Origin: an uncultured Candidatus Peribacteria bacterium
Lineage (GTDB): Bacteria > Patescibacteriota > Gracilibacteria > Absconditabacterales > Absconditicoccaceae
Assembly: GCA_964424095.1 (NCBI GenBank)
Contig: CAYRHE010000001.1
Coordinates: forward strand, 1-53,188
Length of the DNA: 53,188 nucleotides
Reading direction: 5' to 3'
Part shown: positions 9,771-20,172 of the stretch, one piece after another
How positions within the stretch are numbered: position 1 is the first letter of the stretch
Layout: every line of letters starts with the position of its first letter
The notes under the pieces: generated by a model
What the model was told of the DNA's origin: nothing
Databases searched by the model: none
What the model saw: only the letters and a program-made list of their open reading frames with translations
Position numbers and translations under genes: made by a program

Positions 9771-11495
9771 TTAATTATATATTTTCCTATAAAAATTGTA
9801 TCTTTGGTTTTCCAATTCTTCAAAACGATTGTAAATATGAGAAACTCTTGGCAATAATGCATTGAGTATAGAATTTCCTAGTATATTATAAGAAAATTTT
9901 CGCTTATTTTCATAATCAAATATAATTTCATTTTGCTGTCTAGAAAGAGCTTCTACAAAATGTTTTTTGATAAGATACTCTGTATAATCCAAATCCAAAA
10001 GAAATTTTGGAGCAGAAATGTTTTGTTCTTGCATAAAATATTTACTACTTTCTATCCCCATTTGATGCACAAAATAATATTCTTGAACAATCATATTGTG
10101 ATATAGATATCAAGTATCATAAGGAATTAATAATGATTGTAATTCTTGTTTCTGTTGAGAGGAAAGATATGGCAACATTTCTTGTGTGCCAGAAAGAGAT
10201 TTTTGGACTGTTACTATAGAAACAAGAGATCAAAATATCCCCGCTCCATTCTCAAGTCTTTTATTTGCAAAAACAAATCGATCTTTTCGATATGCAAATC
10301 ATTCTTGGCATTGCCCCAACCTACACAACTGGGTAGCAACAGCATTTACTATACTTGTTCTTTCTCTAAGTCTTTCTTCTGGAAATCCCATAGCGTCATA
10401 ATGTGGAATATCTATAGGGACCATAGAATAATCACCAGAAGATATCAAAGCAATATTAGAAAATTCACTGCGAAAATCTCCGGAAAATTCTTGCCAAAAA
10501 TCGGCAAACCCACTTTGTATAATTCCTGTCTGCGAAAGATAATTTTGAACAACAAAAGGATTCTGATTTGTTTTGTCCAAAAAGTTTGTATGATCAAGCA
10601 ACCATTGATTTTGACGATAGTATATATTATCTCAGGTAGCAATATGTTCTTGATATCATTTTTTGATGAATATGTTTTGATATTGAGATATATCATATTT
10701 TGGAGCCACAAAAAAATCTTTTTTGAGATAAGCGATAACTCACAAGACAATAGTTATAGCCAAGACTGATAATCAAAACGATTTTCGATTGTATTTACGG
10801 TTTTGTGAAATTTCTTGATAAGATTTGATAGATAAGATAGAGAAACGAGATATCCACAAACTAAATCAAAAAAACAAAACAAAAACATATTCATTTATAT
10901 TTAAAGACCAGGGAGCATGAAATGATGTAACAATATTTCAATATTCATTAAGATACGTTTTCCCAACTAGATCATCTTGAAAAAGCATCAAAAGGAGTAT
11001 TGAAGACAATGAGGCAGTCATCCATATAATTAATGGGAAAATAAATGATTTTAGTTTGCGTCATTTTACTCACAAAGATAAAACCCAAGAAACAAAACCT
11101 CAAATCGCAAGGATTATTCCAACTATAACACTTACAAAGAAATTTGGAATATAATGAAATGTCTTTAAAACAACGAACAATAAACCAAAAAAACAAAATA
11201 AATTCGATATTATCAACAATATTTTATACGCTCGTTTTTTTTGGAAAAAGATAGATATTATCAAAAGTCAGATTAAAATTAATCCAAAAGTTGAATACAT
11301 TATGATAGGAACCATATTTACAAACAAATCCATCATCAACGAAGGCCCTGAATACCCAATCATATGAAACAATTGAAAAGCCCCAAACCCATAGACCATT
11401 GCATAGACAAGCATAGGAATCCCCAAAAAGAGAGCCAGCAGCAAAACAAAGGTTCATAGTATTTTAAATATTTTTCGATGATAAGAATCTTGCAT
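9771..11495 (-). CDS. Large integral membrane protein (N-terminal polytopic domain plus C-terminal soluble domain), function unknown
   Basis: ATG 11495, stop 9771-9773, 574 aa. I checked every codon from 10601 to 11495 by coordinate and found no TAA/TAG. It joins track ORFs 9771-10094 and 10299-10601 through TGA codons. An upstream in-frame TAA lies at 11535-11537. Confidence 0.6.
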
Positions 11496-11608
11496 GTAAA
11501 AAATTATGACACAAATATGTAACCTATAATCAATTTATACGTATATTCAAAGGATAAAAAATGTTTTTGATTGTTTTTTGTGAGAAAATCTATATAATTA
11601 AAGTGTAT

Positions 11609-11982
11609 GGGGATGTCTCTGGATTTGATAAAGGGACTTCATAATTGATGACAGCCACTACTCGATGAGCGTACCGAGTATACTAATCGTTCAACCAAAA
11701 AATGCTAACGCATCTAAATCTCTTTTAAAGAGAGCTGCTCTTGTTAGTCCTGCTTACGCAGTCTAATTTAGACAGTAACCATCCTGACTGCTGACTCCTT
11801 CTATCTTTCAGGTCGCCCTAAGAAGGAAAACATTATGTTGCTAGGACAAAATGCTCGCCTGTTTATCGGCCAAAGCTTGCCTGTACTAGTAACTTGAAAA
11901 ACCATAGGCCTATAGATAATCTATAGTGGTAGAAATTGTTGATTATGCCTTTTAGACACGGGTTCGATTCCCGTCATCTCCA
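11609..11982 (+). ncRNA. ssrA: tmRNA (SsrA)
   Basis: 5' ggggatg pairs with 3' catctcc, including the G3:U pair. T-arm gggttcgattccc. Discriminator A; CCA is not encoded. Candidate tag ORF 11704-11766: ANASKSLLKRAALVSPAYAV then TAA. Confidence 0.9.
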
Positions 11983-12006
11983 AAAATCTAATTCTGACCT
12001 AATAAG

Positions 12007-12030
12007 TCTCACGAAAATGTGGGATTTTTT
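12007..12030 (+). terminator. tmRNA terminator
   Basis: tctcac-gaaaat-gtggga (one G:U pair) followed by TTTTTT. Confidence 0.6.
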
Positions 12031-12035
12031 AAAAA

Positions 12036-12067
12036 AAAGAGATCCTTTGAAAACAAAGAATCTCTTT
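12036..12067 (-). terminator. Terminator of the RiPP operon
   Basis: Composite stem aaagagat-c-ctttg aaaa caaag-a-atctcttt. On the minus strand it is followed by a T-run. It lies 11 nt after the precursor stop. Confidence 0.65.
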
Positions 12068-12078
12068 AATTATTAACA

Positions 12079-12243
12079 TTAATGACAATCGCAATTACAA
12101 TCACAGCCATCTGAACCACAATCATTACAATCACAATTACAATCAGTACAATCAGAACATGCTGAACAATCTTTATATAATTTATCAGCATTCTTTAATG
12201 ACACCACTGCATCATTAAATCCGAAACCCAATAATTTATCCAT
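12079..12243 (-). CDS. Cys/Asp-rich RiPP precursor peptide (54 aa), not in the ORF track
   Basis: ATG 12243 preceded by gaAAGGAGGtttct. TAA 12079-12081. MDKLLGFGFNDAVVSLKNADKLYKDCSACSDCTDCNCDCNDCGSDGCDCNCDCH. Starts 24 nt downstream of the rSAM stop. Confidence 0.7.
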   Translation of the reverse strand: MDKLLGFGFNDAVVSLKNADKLYKDCSACSDCTDCNCDCNDCGSDGCDCNCDCH

Positions 12244-12267
12244 AGAAACCTCCTTTCTGAATTTAAA

Positions 12268-13578
12268 TTATATATTTTTTTTGATTTCTAACAATTTTTC
12301 TTTTCCCATTAGTTTATACACAATTGGTACTAATTCTCTGTACAAAACACAATGAGGATCTTTTCCATTCACCCTTTCTAAAGGACAACCACTTGTACAA
12401 ATATATTTTAAATTACAATTTTTGCAGTCATCATTAACTTCTCCGTAATAACTTTTTTTCTGAATTATCGATAGCAAATCTTCTTTGTCAAATATAGATC
12501 CTATAGAATCCGTTACCCCAAATTGTGTATGACAGAAATATATATTTCCATCTGTATACAAAGCACCTCCTGAAAAACCATTACTACATGTTTGAAAGAA
12601 TGGGTCTGAGAACTTTAAATCACAAAGTTTATGATTTTTAGAAAACTCATAACCATTATCAATAGCAGAAGATAATTCTTTATAACACTCTTTTAATACC
12701 GAAGAGACTTTTTTTATATCAAGACTTTCGTTTTGAACAAAAGAGAATCTAAAGGGTATTTTTTTTCTAATCAAATATTTTGTAAAATCAAGCAAACCAT
12801 CAATATTTTTATTAGACACAACAGTCATAATACCTGGTCTAACACCTGATTGTATTAATTTATTTATATTTGATTCAACAATTTTAAAACTACCATCACC
12901 ATTCTTAAAATAACGAGTGCTATCTTGAAAAGAATCTAATCCATCTAAAGACACGCCTATTCCAATCTTTTCTTCTTTAATAAATGAAATAATTTCGTCT
13001 GATAAAATAGTAAGATTAGTAAGAAAAGTTATCCTTAGTTTACAATTTAATTGGATTAATCGTTGTTTTAAATTTTTTATAGCTTCTTTCCATTGTTTAA
13101 ATTTTAAGAAAGGCTCACCTCCTGCAAGCCGCAACGAAACATAATTAAGATTTTTTTCTTTTACTGTTTGAATAATTTTCTCAGATAAAATATTAATTTT
13201 TTCATCTTCGAGATAATTATTAAATCCTAATGTATGAATATTGCAATACGAACACCTTAGAGTACAATTATTTGTCGTATGAATCCATAAATTTAAACTT
13301 TTAGGTGTAGTATCCCAATAAATATCATCAAAAATATTTGAATAATTAACTATGTTTTTTTCTGATAAAATATCACAGGCCAACTTAATATTATCTTCTG
13401 TCGTTACAAAGAAATCTGCTATTTCTTTAATAGTTTTTTTACCATCTATAAGCATTAAAACATTATACTGGATTTTGTTAATGACCTTTAATCCATCTTT
13501 TATATATGGATTAACTACCGAATAGAACATATCATCTATCGGAATAATTAATAATTGACCATTTCTATACGGTATCAT
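12268..13578 (-). CDS. Radical SAM/SPASM-domain peptide maturase with N-terminal RRE-like domain
   Basis: Uninterrupted 436-aa ORF, AGGAG Shine-Dalgarno. CTLRCSYC (CxxxCxxC), GGEP, C-terminal CKNCNLKYICTSGCP plus further Cys. The N-terminal ~90 aa look like a PqqD/winged-helix domain. Confidence 0.88.
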   Translation of the reverse strand: MIPYRNGQLLIIPIDDMFYSVVNPYIKDGLKVINKIQYNVLMLIDGKKTIKEIADFFVTTEDNIKLACDILSEKNIVNYSNIFDDIYWDTTPKSLNLWIHTTNNCTLRCSYCNIHTLGFNNYLEDEKINILSEKIIQTVKEKNLNYVSLRLAGGEPFLKFKQWKEAIKNLKQRLIQLNCKLRITFLTNLTILSDEIISFIKEEKIGIGVSLDGLDSFQDSTRYFKNGDGSFKIVESNINKLIQSGVRPGIMTVVSNKNIDGLLDFTKYLIRKKIPFRFSFVQNESLDIKKVSSVLKECYKELSSAIDNGYEFSKNHKLCDLKFSDPFFQTCSNGFSGGALYTDGNIYFCHTQFGVTDSIGSIFDKEDLLSIIQKKSYYGEVNDDCKNCNLKYICTSGCPLERVNGKDPHCVLYRELVPIVYKLMGKEKLLEIKKNI

Positions 13579-13622
13579 AATTTTCTCCTTTCTTTTTTGT
13601 TTATTTATCTCTTTATATATAT

Positions 13623-14330
13623 TTATAGTGTTTTATCAACATTTTTATAAACATTTATTCTGTCACATCAATACTCTATCACCTTTTCAAAATTCTTATT
13701 TTGTTTCCAATACTCTCGTAAATCTGATCTCAATTCCTTGTGTAACAGATATCATTTATCTGGTTTAGCTAAAAATTGCTGACATGAATCATTTAAGATA
13801 ACTGTCAGTGATTCCTTGAGAAATTCAAATTGTTCGTTTGTTAAATCTTTCATAGCATTACTATCTTTATAATAATGTATCACTTGAAAATGCTGTAGTT
13901 CGTGAAGAAAATTTCAAAGAAAATTATCAATATTCCAAAAGATACAAGTCCATATATATCATTTTTCATAATCATAAGGACCACGGGGAAAAGTTGTAAG
14001 ATAAATAGTAAAATCTTTTCTATAAATTGGTCTTTTAGTTAATCTTTCCATACAAAGACAAGCTTGTTCAAATTTTTCTTGAAATATCTTTTGAGATTTA
14101 ATTAAAACCGTATCAATAAGTATTTTATTATCTTTATATAATTTATTTAGATATGGTATCATAAACTCTTTTGCTTCTTCATAACTTATTCATACTAATT
14201 TATTTGCTATTTCTTGATATTCTGGAGACAATGATTCTTTCCAATTTTTTCCATGAGAAATTTTATTACATCAATCTACTCGATTTTTGAGATCTTTTTC
14301 GATATCTAGTTGAAACTGAAAAGAAAACAT
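13623..14330 (-). CDS. HExxH motif protein (putative Zn metallopeptidase; candidate leader peptidase)
   Basis: ATG 14330, TAA 13623-13625, 235 aa. Six of its eight Gly are TGA. Contains FLHELQHFQV. Same frame as track ORF 13959-14162. Confidence 0.6.
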
Positions 14331-14368
14331 TATATAAAACTTATAAATTAAATTTTTCCTTTTATTTA

Positions 14369-14396
14369 ATTTTACACTTTGGATAATATAAATCAA
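14369..14396 (-). promoter_or_regulatory. Candidate sigma70-type promoter of the HExxH-rSAM-precursor operon
   Basis: Minus strand TTGATT-16 nt-TAAAAT, about 35 nt upstream of ATG 14330. Confidence 0.4.
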
Positions 14397-14400
14397 ATAT

Positions 14401-14570
14401 AAATATCCACCTCCTATATACTACCCAAACATAATCAGATTCTAATTTCTTTCCATAATTACCCTATCCCCTATCATTTTGGCGAAGTTTCAGAACTTAT
14501 AGATTTCCTCTAGAATCTCTTCATAATTAAACCTAGAGGGTTCAGAACATAAGTTAGTGTGTCCAAATTT
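14401..14570. repeat. Cassette-boundary direct repeat, copy 1 of 3
   Basis: Aligns with 23611-23772 and 25427-25490. Shared blocks: ctcctatatacta(c/t)ccaaaca, cctctagaatctc, agggttcagaacataa. Confidence 0.7.
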
Positions 14571-14824
14571 AGGGTTTTTGATGGTTCAAATAAACCAAAA
14601 CTAGTATAGAGAACTGATATTTCAGGGGTGTGCAAACCCTGATTTTTTTTATAGTAAATTTTGTTGTTGAAGCACACTCTAATTAGTAACCGCTTTATCT
14701 CAATATCCTCTAAATCTCGTGATGCTAAAGGATTTTTTATAACTGTTTTTGCCTCATTATATGTTTTTTCAAATTCACTTTTTATAAAAAGAAACATACC
14801 GCTGTAAGAATTCATGTAATCCAT
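14510..14824 (-). CDS. Hypothetical protein; its C-terminus is encoded by the boundary repeat
   Basis: 104-aa ORF. ATG lies 3 nt after the epimerase stop. The C-terminal ...TYVLNPLGLIMKRF matches the C-terminus of ORF 23716-23910. Confidence 0.4.
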   Translation of the reverse strand: MDYMNSYSGMFLFIKSEFEKTYNEAKTVIKNPLASRDLEDIEIKRLLIRVCFNNKIYYKKNQGLHTPEISVLYTSFGLFEPSKTLNLDTLTYVLNPLGLIMKRF

Positions 14825-14827
14825 TTT

Positions 14828-15736
14828 CTATGGAAACTGTAGGCCCCATCATAATTCAGATATTGATATCGATATATCAGCCCATGTTTTATCTACATCA
14901 GATTTTGGCGCCGAAGAATAGTTTTTATTAATATTAAATCAAAAAAAAGACTCTATAATAGAAATAATTTTTTTTATCTTTACAGGAGATCAATTTCCTA
15001 AATTAAAAATACAAGACTTACCAAAAGTAGAATATTCAGCAGCCAAAACAATTCATTTAACAACATCATCTATATAAGTAAAATCTCTTTCCATATTTCA
15101 ATTATTAAAAACAGTTATTTCTTGTCATGATACACATTTTTTAGTAAAATCAAAATAAGCCATATCAGGTCTTCCTAAAGGTCAATAGACTGTAAAAAGT
15201 CTAAGTCAAACAGATCAAAAATTAAAAGTATCACTATATGACTTTGCAATCAATTCATTAGATTTTTTGGTTACAGCATACAAGGATTTAGGATTATCAG
15301 AACTATCTGATAATCATGATGGACTATTAGTTTTTCTATCTCCATAAACACTTGAACTAGATGCATAAACCATATTTTCAACAGAATATTTTCTTGCCAA
15401 ATCTATAATAGTTCAAAAACCAGTTATATTAGAATCAATATACGCTTTGGGGTTTATTTCTCCGTACCTAACACCAGCCTGAGCTGCCAAATGGAACACT
15501 TTTTGAAAATTGTATTTTTGAAAAACAGACTCTATATCATCATAGTTTTTTAGATCAGCTTTTATAAATACAAAATTCTTATATTTTTCTAATAAATGTC
15601 TCCTTGCTTCTTTCAAAGATATATCATAATAATCATTTTCAATATCCAATCAGACTACATTATATCACTGTCTCAATAGAAAATCAGAAACGTGATATCA
15701 AATAAATCAACTTGATCATGAAACCAAATAATACAT
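14828..15736 (-). CDS. NAD-dependent nucleotide-sugar epimerase/dehydratase (SDR family)
   Basis: ATG 15736, TAG 14828-14830, 302 aa with TGA=Gly. MYYLVSgSSgFIgYHV (GxxGxxG), SSSSVYG, YAVTK (YxxxK). Confidence 0.85.
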
Positions 15737-15783
15737 AGTTATGTTTAGAATAGATAATAAAATTAGTTTTTATAACACGTTCA

Positions 15784-17022
15784 TTAATCGAAAAAAGTAT
15801 ATAACAATGATTTCTTTAATACTTTAGAATAAAGGTCATTACTCATAATATTTTGTATATTTTTTATATTTTCTACTACTAGATATCATTCATTACATGA
15901 AGTTTGGTTTTTAAAATCATATATATTATTTTTCTTTACAACAAAAATAAAACATCTAGTAATGTCCATATTTTCTTTTTTTATAAATAATTGCCTATTC
16001 TCTATCTCTTCTTCTTTTAAGGAAATACCTAGTTCTTCATATACCTCCCTTAACATTCCATCAATAATTAATTCTCACTTTTCAAGTCATCAGCCAAATA
16101 ATGTATATTTTCAACTATTTTTGATATTTTTTTTATGATCTCTCTTTTGTATTATAAAATTTCAATTAGAATCATAAAACAATACCCCTGTGTAGATATT
16201 TTGGTTATCAATTAGATCGTCATATATTTCTATCTCCTTTTCTAAATAATATTTTTTGTCTAATTTTTCTACAAATGGCAAAAAATCTTCTGCAATATTC
16301 TGATTATATTCTCATATAATTTTATTATTACTAATTACTAATCAACCATATTTATGATCCAACACCTTTTGATAAGAATTGCCTATATACATAGTTCATA
16401 AAGAGGGACTTTGGTATATTTTATTATATGTTTTTCTATATTTATCTCTCTCATTTATTAAATTCTTAACATTATCTTCACCTTTATAATCAAACTTAAG
16501 ACCAACCTTATCTATAAAGATATTAGTCATATACTTAAATTGAGAAAATCTTTTTCAGAAAATCAAATCTTTTTTTTCTACTTTATGTAAATCTCATTTT
16601 TCATCATAATATATAACATATTTTAGATTATCAAATATAGATAATCATAATTTTCATGATCATGAGTTATTTATAACAGCTCCACCAACTGTTCATGGAA
16701 TTCATCGTAAATACGACCCATCAAATCATAAACTACTAAGCTTACTTACTAAAGATGACAACAATACTCATGAATCTAATTCAACAGTTCAATCATTGGA
16801 TATATCATAACCATCAACTAAAAGCTTTTTATATACAAAAAGCTTTTTATTTTTATTCTCTAATTTTAGAAAAGTATTTGTTAAACATCATACAACTTTG
16901 AAATCAATTCATCTATTATAACAAAAAGAAATAGCATCAATCAACTTATCTCTTTGATCAAAATAAGCAATCTGATTAATCTCAGTACCTAATATCCAGT
17001 TACCAAATTTTCTAATACTCAT
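15784..17022 (-). CDS. MurB-like UDP-N-acetylenolpyruvoylglucosamine reductase fused to a C-terminal Nudix hydrolase domain
   Basis: ATG 17022 (tAGGAG Shine-Dalgarno), TAA 15784-15786, 412 aa. gIPgTVGGAVINNSgSgK and PSLgTMYIGN are MurB-like. Nudix box ggLEKgE...REVYEELGI near the C-terminus. Confidence 0.65.
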
Positions 17023-18352
17023 AAGACGCTCCTATTAGTTTTAAAACATTTTCTATATCATGATATCATCTTTTTAAAATAGAAAAATTATTTATTATAA
17101 GTTTTTTCTTAGTATAGATTCACAATAATAACAACAATCAAGATTCTCTTATACTAAATAAGTCAAAAGGATCACATGCAAAGTTTTGTTTAGAAACAGT
17201 TCATTTAGAATGACTTAAAATATAGGTATTTCAATCTACAATATTGGAATCTAATCCAAGATCTTTATAATATTCTATATATTTATATCTATCTGGAAAC
17301 CTATTATCCACAAGAGAAATCAACGGATAAAACAATATAATTAGAGATAATATAGGTAAAGAATCACTCATAATATCAGGATATACACTTGCTATTAAAT
17401 TAATACTATCTTTATAACTTATAGACAAATTTGAATAATCAATAATCAGATTTGATTCTGTCCTTGTAATAATATTTCCAAATAGTTTTTCTATAAGAGA
17501 TATTTCCATATAAGGATAATTGTTATTATATTTATTGATAATTATCTTCTGTTTTGCCAACAAAGAAATAAATATATAAAACAACAACTGATCAAAATCA
17601 GATAGAACAAAATAAGACAAAGATTTTATATCATTTGATTTATATTTTATTCCCAAGAATTTCCTTTCTTCACTAGAAAATTGTATATCATAACCAAACA
17701 AAGAACAAACATTCATTAATTCTTTTATATCAGGTCTGTTTCAATAAAAATTACCTACTTCAATACTATCATATTTGTCATAATTCAACAAACAATATAA
17801 TAAAACATTCTCTGAAACTGATGTTGATTCAATTTTCATCTTATATTCTATTGATCTATGATCAATATTTTTATTTCTTTTGATTATAATCTTATTTGAT
17901 CTTTCTATAATATCATGTCACACTTTTTCAAAGAAATCGTAATGTATATCGTTTTTTCTTTCTCACTGAATATTACATCATCATGTGTGCATAGGAATAG
18001 AAACTTCATCAAAAAAACTAAGAAGCAATCATAAAAGCAAAATAGAATATCTTATTTTCTCATATAGTTGTTCGTTTATTATATTAGTTAATTTTGTATT
18101 TTTACCATCAATAGTAAGTTCATTTTTATCTTCATACATGGATATAGAGAATCATAGTCATATCAACATCTCTATTGAAGACTTAACATCTGATGATGAT
18201 GGAATGTTTTTTAGTGTGATATCTTTTTTATCTTTATAGCATATACCTGCACATAGAAATAAAAGTGGTAATATTGTGTTTTTTGCTCATAACAAAGGTA
18301 ATGTAATCTCTTGTCATTGATATTTATCAATTTTTGAAAAATCTATTATCAT
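17012..18352 (-). CDS. MurA-like UDP-N-acetylglucosamine 1-carboxyvinyltransferase (EPSP-synthase fold)
   Basis: ATG 18352, TAG 17012-17014, 446 aa; codons checked by coordinate. LLGAKNTILPLL, TggCNIQgERKNDIH (catalytic Cys loop). Overlaps its downstream neighbour by 11 nt. Confidence 0.72.
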
Positions 18353-19406
18353 GTTTGATCAAATAAATAAAAACAGCTATTGTAAATAATTTCCATCTTT
18401 TTGATTTTATATTTTCCTCCTTTAATATTTCTTCAACAAAATCTATATTTATATTGAAACAATCTATTGTGCTATAATTATCATATATATACTGATAATA
18501 TTGATCGATAACTTCTTCCAATACCGGATATTTAAATCATTGTTTTTTTTCTTCAATATTTATGCTAAAGTTATTTTGTAAATAATTTCTAAGATAACTT
18601 TTATCTTGGGAATTAATATTAAATCTGTTTATTAGAGAAATATATTTATAAAATCATGAATAAAAGGGATAATAAATTATATCTCTACCATATAAACAGT
18701 TATCCATCATTTTATATGTAATATTATTAAACCAAACATCTATATCTCTAAATAATTCTGATGAAACATCTTTATACAAGAACTCTTGATTATTTGGCAG
18801 ACCGAGCAACATTGATATTTCTTCAGAAGAAAATATAATAGGCTTTTCAAATGAATCCATATTTTCTGATAGACCGAATATCTCATCTCATAGATCTCAA
18901 GTAACCAATAAAGAGTTATCATCTACTGCTTGGGATAAATTATAATAACTCATTAATGTAGGATGAGAGACTGTATTTTTAAATACGATATTCTGAATAT
19001 TTCACATTGATTCTGAACTTGAATATCTCTTATATTTAATATTTAAATTGTCTCATACATACTTTTTTATAAGATCTGTTTCATCAAATCACTTATCGTA
19101 AGATATACTAATCGAACTGAAATCTATATTATTTTTTGAAAGAATATTAGATATTAAAACAGAATCTATTCATCCACTTAATGCCAAAACAATTTTTTTT
19201 CAAGTCTCATTAGATAGTTTTTTAATTTTTTCTGTAATACTATCAAATTCTTTATCTAACATGCCTATTAATTCCTCTTGCTTAAGATTAGTTATTTGTT
19301 TGATCTCTAATCAAATATTTTTATTTGAGAAAAGGTCCGATCATTCTTGTTTATCAAAACCAAATTTTAGAAAGAAGTCTATTTTAGATAAGTTAGCTTT
19401 TCTCAT
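18324..19406 (-). CDS. Asparagine-synthetase-like PP-loop ATP pyrophosphatase (synthetase domain only, no glutaminase domain)
   Basis: ATG 19406, TAA 18324-18326, 360 aa. LALSGgIDS (SGGxDS). Joins track ORFs 18654-18860 and 18327-18521. Confidence 0.65.
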
Positions 19407-20164
19407 TCAATATAAACATACTTAAATAAAGGCAATCACTGTTCTTTCTCTAGCATATATATATTAGTTATTCAACATGACTTTATTTTATTTATAATAT
19501 TATCATTAATTTCTTTATCCAACACAACTCATTTAACCTTTTTAAATATTCATTTAATTTTTATAATATCTAACAAATATAGAATCATATCTAAATCTAT
19601 ACCATGAAAATCAAAATATAATATAGAATTTTTCAGATTAAATTTAAATATATCATAAGTATTAAGAAATATTGATATATGACCACCAAATATTTTTCAA
19701 TGTAATTTATATAATCAGGATATTATTTTTATTTTAATTGAAGTAGTATCTTTTTCAATGAAGTTAGTTAAACTATTTTTTTCATCAATAGTAAGGTCGC
19801 CTATATTTCTCATCGTTACTCAATACCAAACATCGACGAGTGGATAATTGGCAAATATAGATTGGATATGTTGCAAATCACTATATCAAATCAGAATTTT
19901 TCTATTTTTGATTTTTTGTTTTATCATCAATTTTTCTACGTATTGTATGGCGCTTACACCACCAGACGTAAACAATATGATTGACTCTCAGTCATCTTTC
20001 ATAATCTGTTCAAAGACATTTATTCAAGACTCTAATAATGTTTCCTTATAAAGAATTGGATCATATCACATATCTTTTATAGCGGATAATCACTGATCTA
20101 TTTCTGTATCAGATATTTTAGCCTTTATATCGCTTAAGTTTAGCACATGAATCTTTTTTTTCAT
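19379..20164 (-). CDS. LD-carboxypeptidase-like serine peptidase (S66/LdcA-MccF family)
   Basis: ATG 20164, TAG 19379-19381, 261 aa. ILIgYSDLQHI (nucleophile Ser context), FGGH. Overlaps the next gene by 28 nt. Confidence 0.6.
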
Positions 20165-20172
20165 ATTTTTTT

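Noticed and set aside
10146-10769. 207-aa plus-strand ORF (K/R/S-rich).
   Set aside because: It is antisense to the well-behaved minus-strand membrane-protein frame, and its composition is typical of a shadow ORF.
11224-11457. 77-aa Cys/Trp/Phe-rich ORF next to the tmRNA gene (MNLCFAAGSLFGDSYACLCNGLWVWG...), which looked like a second peptide precursor.
   Set aside because: It lies out of frame inside the 574-aa membrane-protein gene (9771-11495). That gene is continuous once TGA is read as Gly, which I checked codon by codon, so this ORF is an overlapping-frame artefact.
11983-14400. Integrase-mediated genomic island inserted at ssrA, with att repeats.
   Set aside because: I found no integrase or recombinase ORF in any frame and no duplicate of the tmRNA 3' end (gggttcgattcccgtcatctcc) downstream. 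Only compositional (TGA-free) evidence remains, and that is reported separately.
14505-14570. Alternative reading frame through boundary repeat copy 1 (…EPSRFNYEEILEEIYKFgNFAKMIGDRVIMERN).
   Set aside because: The same frame in copy 2 hits stops. Only the …YVLNP.G…RF frame is open in both copies.
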